Translations under genes and position numbers: made by a program | In this document: piece after piece, positions 10,318 to 20,393 of the stretch | Numbering within the stretch: the first letter of the stretch is position 1 | How the letters are laid out: the number at the start of each line of letters is the position of its first letter | The notes under the pieces: model-generated | The model's database searches: none | Told to the model about the DNA's origin: nothing | The model's input: only the letters and a program-made list of their open reading frames with translations | Source: Ignavibacteriota bacterium | GTDB taxonomy: Bacteria > Bacteroidota > Ignavibacteria > UBA10030 | Reading direction: 5' to 3' | Assembly (NCBI GenBank): GCA_963727825.1 | Contig: CAVSHO010000009.1 | Span: 320,001-384,000 of the forward strand | DNA length: 64,000 nucleotides

Positions 10318-10657
10318 GGTTTTCCTTTCCAGTTAAGAAATCTATCCTTATTAACGTTTATACTTTCTTATTATAATGTCGTATTCATATATTACCTTAT
10401 AATATAATGATAAATATTATAATGTCAATAGTAATTAAGTATATTTTATATTATTCCTTTATTAACTAAATATTATCATGTTGCATGCCTTTTTAAATAA
10501 TTCTATTGGCATAATCTCGAAAATAATTTTCTCCCCAGAATAAAGGAACATTTATCTTATGTTGAAAAGCAAGTGAGGAGTGTGTTGCCTCCCTGCCATT
10601 CAAAGCGTACATTGAAACCCACAAACATTAATCAACGTATTGAGGTAGTAATTTATT

Positions 10658-12592
10658 ATGTCTCAATTAATTCAAGGTGATGAAATGCATCCATTCGCAA
10701 AATTTGCGGTGCCACTTCTAAGTCTAGCATTTTTAACATCAGGTACTTCTCTGTCACAAGAACGCGATCGCAATAAAATTGCCGATCAGTATAAATGGAA
10801 CCTTGCCGACCTCTACCCATCTGATGCAGCGTGGAAAGAAGCTGAGCAACGGCTTACAGAGACTAATCCAGCAGCCGAGAGAAGTGTTTCAATTCCTGCG
10901 CTTAAAAAATATAAAGGAACATTAGGCTCATCTGCCCATCAGTTGCTTGAGTGTCTCGATCTCGTTACAGAACTCAATAAAGAATTCGCCCAGCTTAACG
11001 CATATGCCAGTATGAGTTTTGATCAGGATACGAAAGTACAATCATATCTTGGAATGCAGCAGGAAATAAGTCAGCTTGGAACATCGTTCGGTGCACAAGC
11101 AGCATTTATAGAACCAGAAATTCTCAAGATCGATCCGGCGAAGATACAAGGATTCTTGAAAAGCGAAAAGAAGCTTGAAATTTATCGCCATTATTTGGAT
11201 GACTTACTTCGCCGTAAAGCTCATACAGGCAGCGAGGGTGAAGAGAAGATTATCGCAGATGCTGGATTGATATCAGGTGAACCTTATAATATTCACAGCA
11301 TCTTCGCTAATGCGGATTTCCCCTACCCAGAAGTTGCGCTGAGCGACGGGAAGATCGTAAAGCTTGATGCGGCAGGATTCGCTCTTCAGAGGGCTTCTGC
11401 AAACCGCGAGGACCGCAAGAAAGTATTTGCAGCATTCATGGGTAAGTTGAATGATTACCAGCGCACATATGGCACGGTATTGAATGCGCAAGTAAAGACA
11501 GAACTCTTCTATAAGAATGCAAGGAAATATAATTCGTGTCTTGAAAGTGCACTCGATGCCAGCAACATCCCAACACAGGTTTATTACAATCTAATAGATA
11601 ACGTCAATAAGAACCTTAGCACTTTCCATCGCTATTTGAAACTGCGCCATCGCATTCTCGGCGTCGATACATTGCATTATTATGATCTCTATGCGCCGCT
11701 GTTGAAAGATGTCGATCTTAAATACACTTACGAAGAAGCACAACAGCATGTCCTTGAAGCATTGAAGCCGTTAGGTTCGGATTATACTGATGTTCTTAAA
11801 AAGGGATTTGCGGAACGCTGGTTGGACGTCTATCCGACCGAAAGCAAACGTTCCGGTGCGTACTCCAATGGCTCCGCATACGATGTGCATCCATATATGT
11901 TATTGAACTACAATGGCAAATACGATGATATGAGTACCGTTGCGCATGAATTCGGACACTCGATGCAAAGTTATCTTTCCAATAAAAATCAGCCGTATGC
12001 CACGTCACAATATCCGATCTTTGTTGCAGAAGTCGCTTCTACATTTAACGAAGCCTTGTTAATCGATTATATGCTGAAGCAAATCAAAGACGATGATGCC
12101 CGACTCTCGCTGCTCGGCAGCTACCTCGAAAACATCAAGGGAACTGTCTTCCGGCAAACGCAGTTCGCAGAGTTTGAACTTCGCATTCACGAGATGGCAG
12201 AAAAGGGCGAGCCACTCACCGGCGATGTGTTGAATAAAATATATGACGAAATCGTTAAAAAATATTACGGCCATGAGAAAAACATTTGCATAGTTGACGA
12301 CGAAATAAAAGCCGAGTGGATGTATATTCCGCACTTCTATTACAACTTCTATGTTTATCAGTACGCGACATCATTTACAGCTTCAGCTGCATTATCGGAA
12401 CGGACAATTGCCGGCGATAAAGCCTCCACTGAGAAGTATATTAAATTCCTTTCTTCCGGCGGCTCCGATTATCCAATTGAATTGTTGAAAAAAGCCGGTG
12501 TCGATATGACGACCTCCGAGCCATTCGATCTAACAATGAAAAAAATGAACCGCGTAATGGATGAGATGGAGAAGATACTAGATAAGAAGTAG
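10658..12592 (+). CDS. pepF: Oligoendopeptidase F (M3B) with signal peptide
   Basis: KWNLADLY, KRSGAY, HEFGH, AEVAS and IPHFY motifs. Confidence 0.92.
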   Translation: MSQLIQGDEMHPFAKFAVPLLSLAFLTSGTSLSQERDRNKIADQYKWNLADLYPSDAAWKEAEQRLTETNPAAERSVSIPALKKYKGTLGSSAHQLLECLDLVTELNKEFAQLNAYASMSFDQDTKVQSYLGMQQEISQLGTSFGAQAAFIEPEILKIDPAKIQGFLKSEKKLEIYRHYLDDLLRRKAHTGSEGEEKIIADAGLISGEPYNIHSIFANADFPYPEVALSDGKIVKLDAAGFALQRASANREDRKKVFAAFMGKLNDYQRTYGTVLNAQVKTELFYKNARKYNSCLESALDASNIPTQVYYNLIDNVNKNLSTFHRYLKLRHRILGVDTLHYYDLYAPLLKDVDLKYTYEEAQQHVLEALKPLGSDYTDVLKKGFAERWLDVYPTESKRSGAYSNGSAYDVHPYMLLNYNGKYDDMSTVAHEFGHSMQSYLSNKNQPYATSQYPIFVAEVASTFNEALLIDYMLKQIKDDDARLSLLGSYLENIKGTVFRQTQFAEFELRIHEMAEKGEPLTGDVLNKIYDEIVKKYYGHEKNICIVDDEIKAEWMYIPHFYYNFYVYQYATSFTASAALSERTIAGDKASTEKYIKFLSSGGSDYPIELLKKAGVDMTTSEPFDLTMKKMNRVMDEMEKILDKK

Positions 12593-12622
12593 GCATTTAA
12601 TAAGTATAGTGCAACCTTCGAG

Positions 12623-13036
12623 ATGACTGCAATGGAATGGATTGAAAAGTCAAAAGGAAAAAATCAAACACCTAAGACCATTTTATGTCCCGATCTGAAG
12701 GTACGATGCTATAATTTCTCTGTGGCAATCATCCGATTCGTGGATAAGCTTCAGGTGCGAAGGTTGCACTATTCAATTATTGATCAACTCATTCGTTCAT
12801 CAACTTCAATTGGTGCCAATATCATCGAGGCAAAATCCGCCAGTTCAAAGAAGGACTTTATACGATTCTATGAGTACGCATTGAAATCTGCAAATGAGAC
12901 CAAGTACTGGCTTGCATTGTTACGTGATGCGCTTGGAGTTGATAAAGGAATCATCCACAATTATTTACAGGAAGTTACCGAGTTATCAAAAATCATTGCT
13001 GTCTGCATCTTAAAGCTCAAGCAACGGTCAGTTTGA
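12623..13036 (+). CDS. Four-helix-bundle protein (23S rRNA IVP family)
   Basis: QLIRSSTSIGANIIEA...SKKDF...ALKSANETKYWL signature. Confidence 0.88.
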   Translation: MTAMEWIEKSKGKNQTPKTILCPDLKVRCYNFSVAIIRFVDKLQVRRLHYSIIDQLIRSSTSIGANIIEAKSASSKKDFIRFYEYALKSANETKYWLALLRDALGVDKGIIHNYLQEVTELSKIIAVCILKLKQRSV

Positions 13037-13087
13037 CTTTTGACTTTTAACTTTTGCTTTTTCTATATCCATAGCTTATCGTTCGAT

Positions 13088-13694
13088 ATGAATGCAAAAG
13101 CAATAAATTCTGCCTCATTTCCCCATATTGCTGTCATTGTTCTCGCCGCTGGCGCATCTAATCGACTCGGCGTACCAAAGCAACTTCTAAAATATAACGG
13201 AATTACTCTTCTTCGCAGAACAGTGGAAACAGTTTTGCTTTCTAAGGTGAAATTTGTTCATGTGGTTTTGGGATTTGAGGCAGAGAAGATAAAATTGGAA
13301 ATATGCAAACTTGCCAGTCGATATTGTCGTAAATCCAAGTTGGCAGAATGGCATCAGCACATCTATTCATTCAGGCATACAATCACTCGGGCCGAACATT
13401 GACGCAGCAATCGTCGCTCTTTGCGATCAGCCAAAGTTATCAACGGATATTCTGAACACACTTATCAATACCTATACTTCAACACGAGCACCCATAATCA
13501 CCTGCAAATACGCGGGAACAGTCGGCGTGCCGGCATTGTTCGACCATCGCATTTTTCCCGAATTGTTATCGCTTGAAGGCGATCTTGGTGCAAAAAAAAT
13601 AATTGAGCAGCACGCAAAAGAAAGATTTGAGATTGATTTTTTAGATGGAGAAATAGATATTGATACTATCGCCGACCAAAAACAAATTAGTTAA
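13088..13694 (+). CDS. MocA/YgfJ-like nucleotidyltransferase (molybdenum cofactor cytidylyltransferase family), frameshifted near 13310
   Basis: LAAGASNRLGVPKQLL in one frame; VVNPSWQNGISTS, LCDQP, GVPALF, GDLGA and DIDT in another. Confidence 0.85.
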
Positions 13695-13724
13695 ATAGCG
13701 CAAACTGAGAAGAAGGAATTTATT

Positions 13725-14378
13725 GTGTTCATCGGCCACTTCGCTGTTGGACTTAGTGCAAAGAAAGTTGCACCTCAGGTAAAATTAGGAACGCTGTTCT
13801 TAGCAGCTCAATTTCTCGATTTACTCTGGCCAATCTTCCTAATTCTTGGCATTGAACATGCCCGAATAGCCCCCGGTAATACTGCCTTCACTCCATTCGA
13901 TTTTTACGATTACCCATTCTCGCACAGTTTACTAGCGAGTATTATATGGGCGGTTCTTTTCGGGAGAATATATTATTATGTGAAAAAAAATCTCCGCAAT
14001 TCGATCATTGTTGGCTGCGTTGTTTTTAGCCATTGGTTGCTTGATTTTATCTCACACAAACCTGATCTAGCGATTGCGCCAGGTATTCATATTGCCCTGG
14101 GTCTTGGATTATGGAATTCCATTATAGGCACCATATTTATTGAAGGGTTTCTTTTCATTGGTGCAGTCTGCATTTATATTAGAGCAACGAAATCTATTGA
14201 TCGTATCGGAAATTATGCCTTTTGTGGATTGATTGCATTGCTTCTGATTTCCTACATCGCAAACATTACATCGCCGCCACCACCAAATATGACAGCAGTC
14301 GCTTACGCAGGATTCGCTCAATGGCTCTTCATTGCTTGGGCATATTGGATAGACCGGCATAGGACTTGCCATGACTGA
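13725..14378 (+). CDS. Membrane-bound metal-dependent hydrolase-like protein
   Basis: MFIGH, PFSHSL and SHWLLDFISH motifs with multiple transmembrane segments. Confidence 0.75.
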   Translation: MFIGHFAVGLSAKKVAPQVKLGTLFLAAQFLDLLWPIFLILGIEHARIAPGNTAFTPFDFYDYPFSHSLLASIIWAVLFGRIYYYVKKNLRNSIIVGCVVFSHWLLDFISHKPDLAIAPGIHIALGLGLWNSIIGTIFIEGFLFIGAVCIYIRATKSIDRIGNYAFCGLIALLLISYIANITSPPPPNMTAVAYAGFAQWLFIAWAYWIDRHRTCHD

Positions 14379-15396
14379 ACATATACGTATCGAACATAAA
14401 AAGTTGATTCTACAGGTTGAAGAAACGCTTCAAAAAGCTGGCGTGGCGCCGCACATAGCTCACGTCGAAGCGGAGATTATGGCGGAATCAGACCTTATGG
14501 GAGTTCCTTCACATGGAGTTCGTATGTTGCCTGATTTATTGAAGGGAATTCAGAAAGGCAAAGCCACGGCAAATCCGAATATTAGAATTATGAAAGAGAA
14601 TAAAGCAACATGCGTGATTGATGGTGACAACGGCCCCGGTCGCTTCGTATCACTTCATGCAATGAGCATCGCAATTGAGCGAGCGAAGGAATTCGGTATC
14701 GGCGCTTGCAGTGCGATAAATGTAACTCACTGGGGGCGTGCATTCGCTTATACATATAGAGCCGCTCAAGACAATACAATTGGTATCTGCACAACGAATG
14801 CACTTCCAATTACCTTGGGCTGGAATTCTACAAAACCATTATTAGGTAATAATCCCCTTAGTATCGGTGTACCTCGATATGGCAAAGATCCTATTGTTCT
14901 CGATATTTCAATGAGCCAAGCAGCACATGGAAAAATTGCAACATATGCCCGCGAAGGAAAAGAAGTACCGTTAGGCTGGGGATTGGATTCCGAAGGGAAG
15001 CCCACAACAAATCCAAATGAAATATTGAAGAGCTTTCGGCTTCTCCCGTTTGGCGACCATAAAGGTGCAGGGCTTGCTATTATGATGGAGCTTCTAACCG
15101 GCGCTCTTTCCGGAAGTAAGCTCTCGCACGAAATTCTCCAAATTGAACGAGGCGCTCTCAACCCTGGGAGTACCAAGTTGTTTATAGCATTGGATGTAAG
15201 TTCATTCGGTTCGCTTGAAGCTATGGGCACAAAGATCGAACAATATATTCGCTGGCTTCATGAAACGGAGCCGGATATTCACATCACTCTTCCCGGCGAT
15301 AGGAGCTGGCAAGCGCGGCAAGAGAATTTGCAGAATGGAATTCCCATTCACCCCGACATAGCAGCTGAATTAATAAAAATTGGTCTAAACCTCTAG
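14371..15396 (+). CDS. Ldh_2-family (YiaK/AllD-like) NAD(P)-dependent oxidoreductase
   Basis: GVPSHG, HWGR, LGNNP, LDISMS and HKGAGL motifs. Confidence 0.88.
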   Translation: MTEHIRIEHKKLILQVEETLQKAGVAPHIAHVEAEIMAESDLMGVPSHGVRMLPDLLKGIQKGKATANPNIRIMKENKATCVIDGDNGPGRFVSLHAMSIAIERAKEFGIGACSAINVTHWGRAFAYTYRAAQDNTIGICTTNALPITLGWNSTKPLLGNNPLSIGVPRYGKDPIVLDISMSQAAHGKIATYAREGKEVPLGWGLDSEGKPTTNPNEILKSFRLLPFGDHKGAGLAIMMELLTGALSGSKLSHEILQIERGALNPGSTKLFIALDVSSFGSLEAMGTKIEQYIRWLHETEPDIHITLPGDRSWQARQENLQNGIPIHPDIAAELIKIGLNL

Positions 15397-15419
15397 CACA
15401 TTCTTAAAGGAGATTTATT

Positions 15420-15917
15420 ATGTATCGCACAATTCAAGATTTTTTGACTGATTGGGCTCAAGAGAATGATTCTACACTCAAAGTTTTTAAGAATCTCACT
15501 GATGCCTCGCTCAAACAGAACGTATCGGCGGAAGGTCGCTCACTGGGTCATTTGGCATGGCACATTGTTCTAACACTTGGTGAGATGGGAGATAAAGCCG
15601 GACTTAAAGTCAATGCACCACCTGAAAATGCACCTGATCCAAACACTGCATCGGTAATTGTTGCAGCATATGAGAAAGCAGGAGCATCGCTTGCAGTAGA
15701 AGTGAAAAAGTGGAATGATGGAATGCTACCAGAAGAAATCGATATGTATGGACAAAAATGGACACGCGCTGCTACACTCGCATCGATCATAAAACATCAG
15801 ATACATCACAGAGCGCAAATGACGGTGCTTATGCGGCAGGCAGGACTTAAAGTTCCTGGCGTTTATGGACCATCACGCGAGGAGTGGTCGCAATTCGGTA
15901 TGCCATCGCAAGAATAA
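15420..15917 (+). CDS. DinB family protein
   Basis: LAWHI...HQIHHRAQMTVLMRQAGLKVPGVYGP. Confidence 0.85.
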   Translation: MYRTIQDFLTDWAQENDSTLKVFKNLTDASLKQNVSAEGRSLGHLAWHIVLTLGEMGDKAGLKVNAPPENAPDPNTASVIVAAYEKAGASLAVEVKKWNDGMLPEEIDMYGQKWTRAATLASIIKHQIHHRAQMTVLMRQAGLKVPGVYGPSREEWSQFGMPSQE

Positions 15918-15925
15918 TCCTGACT

Positions 15926-15959
15926 AAACATTGCAGGTTTTCAGACCTGCAATGTTTTT
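15926..15959 (+). terminator. Rho-independent terminator
   Basis: AAACATTGCAGGT-loop-ACCTGCAATGTTT followed by TT, 9 nt after the stop codon. Confidence 0.75.
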
Positions 15960-16282
15960 CTGAAAGTCATCTTAAATGATTATAGTTCTTCATGGCTGTG
16001 TACTTTGTTCTTTTGGATTCCATTTTCATCAGCATATAACATGTTTTTGTGTAATATAAGTCATGCTACATTTTTAGAATGAAATGCAGATTTCCCCCAC
16101 CATTTACCGATTTCTCCTCGCCGCTCGCCGAAATCGCCGAAACTTCCTTCTCAATTCTATGTATCATTCTATGGAACAAAATTAAAGACATTCATACGAA
16201 CACCTTGGTATCGATTTTTTTCTCATAGACGGTGTTGCTATGATGCTGAATATAGTTGGACTTAAAAAGGAAACTTTGATAA

Positions 16283-16774
16283 ATGGAAAAAATGAGTAGA
16301 TGGGGTATTGGACCAATCTTTGCCGCTTTATCAATTATGTATGGATTTATAATAGCTGTAATAAGCCGATATTATCATCCATTATTTAAAATAGAATTCA
16401 TTCAAGAGCATATATTGTTCCTGTTTGGCGTAATCCTTATCATCATTGGTATTCCATTTTATATTGTTTCTGCGAGAGTGGTAATGAAAGCATACAATGC
16501 TGATAAGCTTATTACAGGAAACATTTATAGATGCTGCCGTCATCCTCTATATGCATCTTGGGTAGTATTTATTGTGCCGGGCTTAGTTTTATTGATCAAT
16601 AGTTGGATTGGTTTAACCGCGCCTATATTTATGTACATCTTATTACGCATTCTAGTTAAAAAAGAAGAAATATATTTAGAAAATAAATTTGGAACAGAAT
16701 ATTTAAATTACAAAAATATGGTTCCTTGCATATTGCCTTATGGTCTATTTCTAAAAAATAAATATGAGATATAA
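16283..16774 (+). CDS. Isoprenylcysteine carboxyl methyltransferase (ICMT/PEMT) family membrane protein
   Basis: LITGNIY..CRHPLY...EE.YLE.KFG.EY..YK..VP motif. Confidence 0.85.
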   Translation: MEKMSRWGIGPIFAALSIMYGFIIAVISRYYHPLFKIEFIQEHILFLFGVILIIIGIPFYIVSARVVMKAYNADKLITGNIYRCCRHPLYASWVVFIVPGLVLLINSWIGLTAPIFMYILLRILVKKEEIYLENKFGTEYLNYKNMVPCILPYGLFLKNKYEI

Positions 16775-16841
16775 CATTGCCGGACTTTTATCCGGCACCA
16801 GCCGATAAAGTCTCGGATGGCTTCATTTAAGGAGAAATATT

Positions 16842-17213
16842 ATGGAACAAGATAGACGACATTACTATGGTCATCTCGGTATCGGACTTTTCTTATTGTT
16901 TGCCGGTATTGCATTGATGCTGGATAAATTCGATATTTTTAATGCTGGACCAGTTTGGCACTATTGGCCAATAATTATTATTGCTGTCGGATTGGGAAAA
17001 TTGTTGGATGCACAATTTGCGTGGGAATACCGAAAAGCTTGCTCGACACTTTTTATCGGAGCATGGTTCTTCATATCAGAATTACATATATTCGGGTTAG
17101 ATTATCATAACTCATGGCCAATTCTGCTTATCGGTGTTGGTATAGGCATGTTATGGAAATCTGCTTACCCTTCACATTTTAGATTTGCTAAGGATCACTG
17201 CAATGGAAACTAG
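16842..17213 (+). CDS. LiaF/LiaI-like transmembrane protein (DUF5668)
   Basis: Repeated 'WPIIII..G' transmembrane motifs. Confidence 0.7.
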   Translation: MEQDRRHYYGHLGIGLFLLFAGIALMLDKFDIFNAGPVWHYWPIIIIAVGLGKLLDAQFAWEYRKACSTLFIGAWFFISELHIFGLDYHNSWPILLIGVGIGMLWKSAYPSHFRFAKDHCNGN

Positions 17214-17904
17214 ACAAAGTTTATTTTATGCTCCAAGGCTTATATTAGGGCTGGGGATTATTCTTATTGGCATTCTCTTCCTACTCGGCAACATGGACAT
17301 AATTGATCCGCATGACTATCTGCAGTATTGGCCGGTAATAATTATGATTATCGGAATAGCATACCTCATTCAATGTCAGCATGGCCCCGGACGGATCTGG
17401 GGTGCCATTCTAACTTTTGTTGGGGCGGCAATGTTGTTCGATCGAATGTATTTTATTCATTTCAGTTTGTGGGATTACTGGCCTCTCATTCTCGTCGTTG
17501 CAGGAATCATGATGATTGTAAGATCATTTTCACATCATCACCGAGTGCCTTTTTCAAATGTCGAGACTAATGACGCAAATTCCTTTATTAAAGCCGTTGC
17601 AATTATGGGTGGATTCAAGCGAATGAATAACTCTCAAGATTTTAAAGGTGGAGAATTTACTGCCATTATGGGCGGAATCGAACTCGATCTGCGAGACGCT
17701 TCTATTAAAGAAGAAGCTAGTATCGATGTCTTTACATTGATGGGTGGTATGTCTATGCGTATTCCGGAAGATTGGCTTGTCATCATCGACGTTTCTCCTT
17801 TTATGGGTGGATATGATGACAAAACTCGCCATCCGTTAGAAAACACAAAACGCCTCCTTATTAGAGGAACAACAATTATGGGCGGCATCGAGATTAAGAA
17901 CTAA
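17203..17904 (+). CDS. LiaF-like membrane protein (DUF5668 plus DUF2154-like C-terminal domain)
   Basis: YWP transmembrane repeats, then AIMGG..LDLR.A...MGG..IPEDW repeats. Confidence 0.8.
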   Translation: METRQSLFYAPRLILGLGIILIGILFLLGNMDIIDPHDYLQYWPVIIMIIGIAYLIQCQHGPGRIWGAILTFVGAAMLFDRMYFIHFSLWDYWPLILVVAGIMMIVRSFSHHHRVPFSNVETNDANSFIKAVAIMGGFKRMNNSQDFKGGEFTAIMGGIELDLRDASIKEEASIDVFTLMGGMSMRIPEDWLVIIDVSPFMGGYDDKTRHPLENTKRLLIRGTTIMGGIEIKN

Positions 17905-17906
17905 CC

Positions 17907-18965
17907 GTGCATCCGATTCTTTCCAACAGGCGAACGCTCGCCCTCTATCTTATCATCTGGTTATCTGTCGGACTGCTGATTGAAATACCGTTTATTTTTT
18001 CATACAAAAGCCAATGGGCAGCGTTTCTGTTATCCGATATACCACTGAATATTTTCTTTGCATTCATCTGCCTTTCTTCGTATTACCTGTGCAGAATTTT
18101 TCCCGTTAAAACAACACAATGGTATAATCTACTTTCTATGTTCATCGTAGCCGCTTTTATTGCAGCAGGCACTGAACTCGTTATTGGATACGGCTGGGTG
18201 CATTTAATTGATTCCTTAAAAATCGCTTCATCCATATCATCGCTTTACGAACCTTGGATTGCTGGAATTTTCAGCACACTCGTACTCATCTTTCTTCTTG
18301 TAGCATCCTTGCATTATGTCATAATCGGATTTGAACGGTCCAATGAATCTGAACGGCAAGCATTTGAGCTTAGATTGCTCGCGCAAGATGCGGAGCTTCG
18401 CGCACTTCGTGCTCAAATTGATCCCCATTTTCTTTTCAACAGCCTCAATTCAATTAGTGCTCTAACTACGAACGACCCGGCCAAGGCACGGACAATGACG
18501 TTAATGCTTGCAGATTTTTTTAGGAAGAGTCTCGAGCTTGGATCCCGCAGCAACATTCCTCTTAACGATGAGTTGGCACTCGCTTTTGAATTCCTAACCA
18601 TTGAGCAAGTAAGGTTTGGAGCACGATTAAAGGTCGAGCAGGATATAAAGGAAGAATGCCAAAAAGTTATGGTACCACCTCTTATCCTGCAGCCGCTTGT
18701 TGAGAATGCTGTTCGCCATGGTATTGCCCATTTAGTGAATGGCGGGACAATTCGGATTCATTGTGAAAGACACGGCGACCGGCTTATCATTCAAATCGAG
18801 AATCCTGTCGATATCGATCGGCCGCGCCGCAAAGGAAGTGGACTTGGATTGAAGAATGTCCGTTCGCGTCTCGACACTTTTTACGGTAATGAAGCTCGAG
18901 TGGATGTTGAGGAAACCAATACGTATTTTCAAATAAAGCTTTCATTTCCTATTCATAGGCAGTAA
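17907..18965 (+). CDS. LytS/YehU-family sensor histidine kinase
   Basis: LRAQIDPHFLFNSLN, LQPLVENAVRHG and GLGLKNV motifs. Confidence 0.92.
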   Translation: MHPILSNRRTLALYLIIWLSVGLLIEIPFIFSYKSQWAAFLLSDIPLNIFFAFICLSSYYLCRIFPVKTTQWYNLLSMFIVAAFIAAGTELVIGYGWVHLIDSLKIASSISSLYEPWIAGIFSTLVLIFLLVASLHYVIIGFERSNESERQAFELRLLAQDAELRALRAQIDPHFLFNSLNSISALTTNDPAKARTMTLMLADFFRKSLELGSRSNIPLNDELALAFEFLTIEQVRFGARLKVEQDIKEECQKVMVPPLILQPLVENAVRHGIAHLVNGGTIRIHCERHGDRLIIQIENPVDIDRPRRKGSGLGLKNVRSRLDTFYGNEARVDVEETNTYFQIKLSFPIHRQ

Positions 18966-18968
18966 ACC

Positions 18969-19721
18969 ATGTCATCAAAAAACAACAGTATCCGCACAAT
19001 CATCGTAGATGACGAAGAACCAGCACAGCTTGTTCTGCGAGAATTTCTTTCTGCTCACGAGGAAATCAAGATCATTGCTGAATGTTCCAACGGATTTGAC
19101 GCCGTGAAAGCTATAACCGAATCCAAACCCGACCTTGTCATACTCGATATCCAAATGCCAAAGCTGAACGGTTTTGAAGTGCTAGAACTTGTCGAACAAC
19201 CGCCATCTATCATCTTTGCAACTGCTTACAATCAGTATGCTATAAAAGCTTTTGAAGTTCATGCTGTGGATTATCTTCTTAAGCCCTTCAGTAAAGAACG
19301 ATTGGCAGAGGCACTGGAACATGTTAAAGAACGATTAAAGAAGAAAATATTTATTCCCATTCAAGATATCGCTTCCGCCGCAGGAATGAAACTATCTCCC
19401 TTGGAAAGAATTCTAGTGAAGGATGGCTCTAAGGTGCATGTCATTCCAGTAGATAAAATAGATTACATCGAAGCACAGGATGATTACGTGGCAATTAAGT
19501 CGGATGGTAAAACACATTTGAAGCAGGAACGCATGGCCGAATTAGAAAAAGAATTGGATACATCTAAATTCGTCAGAGTCCACCGATCATATATTATAAA
19601 CCTCGAACGCATCGCCCGCATTGAGCTTTATGCGAAAGACAGCCGCATGGCAATTCTGAAAGATGGAACGAAACTCCTTATCAGCCGTGCCGGATATGAT
19701 AAGTTGAAAGGATTGTTGTAG
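18969..19721 (+). CDS. LytTR-family response regulator
   Basis: REC domain (DDE, LDIQMP, DYLLKP) plus LytTR motif FVRVHRSYIIN. Confidence 0.93.
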   Translation: MSSKNNSIRTIIVDDEEPAQLVLREFLSAHEEIKIIAECSNGFDAVKAITESKPDLVILDIQMPKLNGFEVLELVEQPPSIIFATAYNQYAIKAFEVHAVDYLLKPFSKERLAEALEHVKERLKKKIFIPIQDIASAAGMKLSPLERILVKDGSKVHVIPVDKIDYIEAQDDYVAIKSDGKTHLKQERMAELEKELDTSKFVRVHRSYIINLERIARIELYAKDSRMAILKDGTKLLISRAGYDKLKGLL

Positions 19722-19893
19722 CAACAATTTCCGATCTTCAGCATCCCTTTTATCACAATGCCGTCTTTAAAAAGAAATCTTTGGACACATTCCCGATCAC
19801 TTCTCTTAGTACTAATCCTTTTATTATCATTGCACTTCCTATCCTTTTTGCCGAGATTTCATAAACCATAACAAGAATAAATAGGGTGGTAAA

Positions 19894-20367
19894 ATGAAAA
19901 TGATAATTAATATATTGATACTTATGATTATTCCACTAGCGTTTGCAATAGGACAGGAAAAGACCGACGAAGCAGCATTGTTGATGCAGCTCGACCGTGA
20001 TTTTGATATAGCCACTGCCGAAAAAGGCGTCGATGGCTGGGTAGCGTACTTCGCACCCAACGGCTCAATGTTAAGCGACACAAGCAAGCCGAAAACAGGT
20101 CCCGCCGAAATTCGTGCAGAGATGGCACCTGTTTTTAAAGATTCGACTTTTTCCCTCCGCTGGCATCCTACAAAAGGTGAAATAATGATCCCCGGCGTTA
20201 TCGGGTATACTGTAGGCAGGTGGGAAAGAATACGAAAGAACGAAGAAGGCAAATGGATGAAATTCACCGGCACATACTCGACCACTTGGAAGAAACAGCC
20301 GGATAGTTCTTGGAAGATCGTTCTTGATTCCGGTATTTCAGATGGGCCGCCTGTAGAAGTGAAATGA
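19894..20367 (+). CDS. NTF2/SnoaL-like (DUF4440) exported protein
   Basis: Signal peptide and G.Y.TTWKKQPD.SWKIVLD motif. Confidence 0.75.
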   Translation: MKMIINILILMIIPLAFAIGQEKTDEAALLMQLDRDFDIATAEKGVDGWVAYFAPNGSMLSDTSKPKTGPAEIRAEMAPVFKDSTFSLRWHPTKGEIMIPGVIGYTVGRWERIRKNEEGKWMKFTGTYSTTWKKQPDSSWKIVLDSGISDGPPVEVK

Positions 20368-20393
20368 AATATTTAAAACTATAAGAATGAAAA

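Noticed and set aside
10320-10560. Very AT-rich intergenic stretch as an ncRNA or replication origin
   Set aside because: No stable hairpins or DnaA-box cluster seen; consistent with a divergent promoter region.
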